Below are positions 60,901 through 64,000 of a stretch of DNA of 64,000 nucleotides, piece by piece (position 1 is the stretch's first letter; every line of letters starts with the position of its first letter). A program made the position numbers and the translations under genes. The notes beneath the pieces were generated by a model. That model saw only the letters and a list, made by a program, of their open reading frames with translations. It was not told the origin of the DNA and ran no database searches. Source of the DNA: Camelus ferus (taxonomy: Eukaryota); the NCBI RefSeq assembly GCF_009834535.1, contig NC_045696.1, positions 744,001 to 808,000 on the forward strand, written 5' to 3'.

Positions 60901-63900
60901 GAGGGGAAGTAGAGGAGAATGTGCCTCTCCAGAGAGTTCTCGGGGGCGGCGGTCCAGGACCCCCTCGGAGAGCCACGGCCGGCACTGTTCACGCACACAG
61001 CGCAGCCGACACTCAAAGACGGAAACCGCTGCCCTCCCTGCGGGGCTGCCCTCCCTTGTGCACCAGCTCGGCCGAGAAGGCCTGGGGCTCCGGGTCACAG
61101 CACTGGCGCTGGTCCTTGTGCCCAACCGCTGAAGCCCCCCTCCTTGGCCAGGATGAAGACAGCTCTTCAGCAGCGGGTGCTGGGGACCCAAAATCTTCCC
61201 GAGGCTGTCGCGCCCTGCGACAGGCGCTTCTTGGCAGGCGGGTTTCTGCCTCCTTCTGCAGGGCCAGAGAGCGCCACCCAAGCCGAGCGCTGCAGGTGGC
61301 GGCCGGGGCGCGCAGGAGCCAGCCAGGCCCGGCCCCTCCCGCGGCCCCTGCAGCCCCCTCAGTGAGGCAGGAGGAAAGTGTCGAGTGTCTTCAGGGACGG
61401 CCAGGCCCACGTCAGGAGCTCGCGAGGGGCATTCTTCTGAGCGAGAGCTGCTTCTTCTGAGACTGCTATTTCTGGAAAAACGACCTCCCATTCCGCTGAT
61501 AAATAAGGGAAAGTAAACGCCCCTACCACTGGCCAGCCGCAGGTTGTACTGCCAGTCCTCACGCCCCAGGGCCAGCGAGGGGTGCGGGTTACAGTGTCAT
61601 GAACACGAGCACGCGTGAACTTGCGACCACACGCGGACGGAGGCTGATCGCCCCCGCCGAGGGGACGCACGTCAGGAGGGACGGGGAGGAGACGGGCTGA
61701 AAACTGCACTGACGTCCTGGGCACGCGCCCCAGGCCAAAAGGAAGCATTTAGGACCAGAAGTACAAAAAATATTGAAATGTCCTGCCCTATCTCAATGAA
61801 ACAGTAGAAAAACCTCCCTCTTCAGGACGGCAAAGCGGGCGAGAGCCCCTGAGAGGCAGCTCATGAGACCCCCTCCGAGGCTGCAGCTGGAGGGCTGGGC
61901 GCCACCCGACGCGCCTCTGCTCCTGTAAGGGCTTCCTTTCAAGGAGAGAAAAATCTTATCTTGTTAGCAAGGGTGCAACTCCTATTCTTCACACCTCAAA
62001 TGTGGAGTAGTTCATAATCTAACGTGCCCATGATCGTGTCTGTGGACTTGCCCGTGGACCCGCGTTTCCTGGAAAGCCAGTTAGGACACAAACTTTAAAT
62101 ATTTTGTTTCTGAAAGGCAAGCCGTTTTCTCCAGTAGAGCATACCCAAACCAAACAGGACTTTGGTTTCTAGCAAACTACTTCTGGAAACACTTTTTCCC
62201 AGAAAATCCAAGAGCAAGTAATTCGTCTAAAGACGGCACCAGCGGCCAGCCCACAACACAGACACTGCAAACACCTTCTGTTCTACTCGTCACCTGTAAA
62301 ATGCGTCCATCAGAAGTCCTGGACTAATGGAGTACCCCGATTCACTTACAGGACAGGTAAGAAAACGAGATTCTGTTGTCTGCAAGCCACAAAGCACACG
62401 TCAGTTTTACAAACACTTTTACAGAACTGTACACCCCACATCTGCCTCGTCACGGAGGAGCCACGTTCCTCTTCCCAGAGACGACAGAACTATGTTATTT
62501 CTCAATCCAAGCATCCAGCTCCAAAAGCACACAGTCCCCGCGCACTCACGACACACACACACCAACCCGACGCCCGTGCGTGGACCTCACGGTGCTTGGT
62601 GCTTTCAGCAGGTGGAAGCCAATGGCTCACCTCTCGTGTCCAAGGTCGCATGCTCAGACACAGGCGCTGGTCCACCGAGGGCGCGGGCCCCAGCCCCGGG
62701 GACAACCAGCATCTCCGAGAGCCAGAATCCTGCTCCCACCCCTACCGAGGAGCACTGGCTACTGGCACCTGAAGATCACACGTCCCTTTTCTGCACAACA
62801 CCTCTTTAACATGACCACGTTAGCAACAGTCAACCTTCTCCTCACAAAGCAGCCATGTTGTCAGAACTGAGGACCTGATGCGAACAGCATCACGCAAACG
62901 TCTGGAACGCCTGGCAAGGCTCCCACGGCCCCACTCTGGCCGGCGCAGGGCAGGGCTGCAGCGGGCCCTCCCACGCGCCCCCCGACAGCTCGGGCGGCCC
63001 TGGACGCGTCGGGCTCCGCGTGGCCTCAGCCCCTCTCCTGGCCGTGCAGCCTCACCGGGCCGCAGCAGCCCCTTACCTCAGAACAAAGCCACTCCGCGAG
63101 GTCGGGCAGGGCCGGAGGGACGTGGCTCTCAGACAGATGGTCACCCTCCCCGTTTAGAGGAGAGGAAAGTGCTACAGGAGAAAAATTAGAGTGGGGTTTT
63201 GTTCTAAACCAAAGGAGGCTGCAGAGCCTATTGGCCTCAGGTTGGAAACCTCGTGACATGGGACCAGGCACACGTGACCTACTTTTCGCCCAGCTCCCCT
63301 CGTTCCATTGGAGGGGTGCGCCTGGCGGATGCTGTCGCTTCAGTGACTCCTTCCCCCAACAGGGCCACCGCACAGATCGGCGTGCCTGCGGGACATCGGC
63401 CGCAGCAGCTAAGCCCTGGGAGGAGGGGGGCCGCAGCTCTGCAGACCCGAGTGGCCGCGGCCGCAGCCTGCCGTCTGCCCGCAGACGGGTGCCCGGAGCT
63501 AGTCCTCACCAGGACGAGGCGCCCGAAAGGGCACCCGGTGCAAGCTGTCCTTCCCCCGCTTTCTCCTGGTTGTGGCCGAGAGTGTGCAGGCACGGCCTGA
63601 GAGCCAGTGCGCACCAGCTGGGCACTGCCGTGTGCGTGCACGCCGAGAGCAAGCCTGGCGGCGGGCGCTGGTCTGGGCGGAGAGACGGACGGGCCCCCGG
63701 GCCTGCGAGGGGACGTGGGGAACGCAGCTGCCCCCTCAGAACGGGCACCTGCCGCCGAGCACGAGAAGGCCACCCTTTGCCCAGGCATCGCCCCCTCCCT
63801 CGCCACCTCACACGAGATCAGGTGCAGGCAAAGGGGGAAGAGCACCTAGCAGGCAGTAGCGGCACTCGGGTGCCGAGCGGGCTCGCTGGCGGGGGGTCGA

Positions 63901-64000
63901 GCACGCGCCGGGCAGGATGGCGTCGGCGCCAGCTGGGAGGGCCAGAGCGCACGGCCCTTTCTGATGCCGACACAGGTGCCTGGAGGAGGGGGAGGCCGCA

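Noticed and set aside
62880..64000. CpG-rich stretch as a promoter CpG island
   Set aside because: Similar CpG-rich patches occur throughout the window, including inside old repeats; no exon or TSS evidence is visible.

Overview
This is GC-rich mammalian genomic DNA, most likely camelid, judging by three short tRNA-derived SINEs of the camel/alpaca type. It carries the coding portion of PCBP3 (poly(rC)-binding protein 3/hnRNP E3, three KH domains) on the minus strand. I resolved 13 coding exons by hand between 44412 and 18210; all have GT-AG boundaries and consistent phases. From the internal ATG (MESK, 44326) the spliced CDS is 1017 nt (338 aa + TAA). The 3' UTR runs to an AATAAA at 17633-17638. 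The canonical upstream exon for the longer N-terminus (MGE-G in human, from memory) was not found and probably lies beyond position 64000. The remainder is intronic or 3'-flanking DNA filled with old L1/L2/MIR/LTR/Tigger remnants, younger L1 and SINE copies, and three intronic minisatellites. Almost all ORFs in the supplied track are chance products of high GC content, repeats or exon read-through. I see no evidence for a new self-contained biological system. The best leads are unannotated splicing and regulatory features of PCBP3: an in-frame alternative donor, candidate poison and micro-exons, a candidate alternative start exon, and minisatellites made of poly(C)/E-box, MRE and ERRE-like motifs. 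Repeat boundaries are approximate and family names come from recognition, not from a search.
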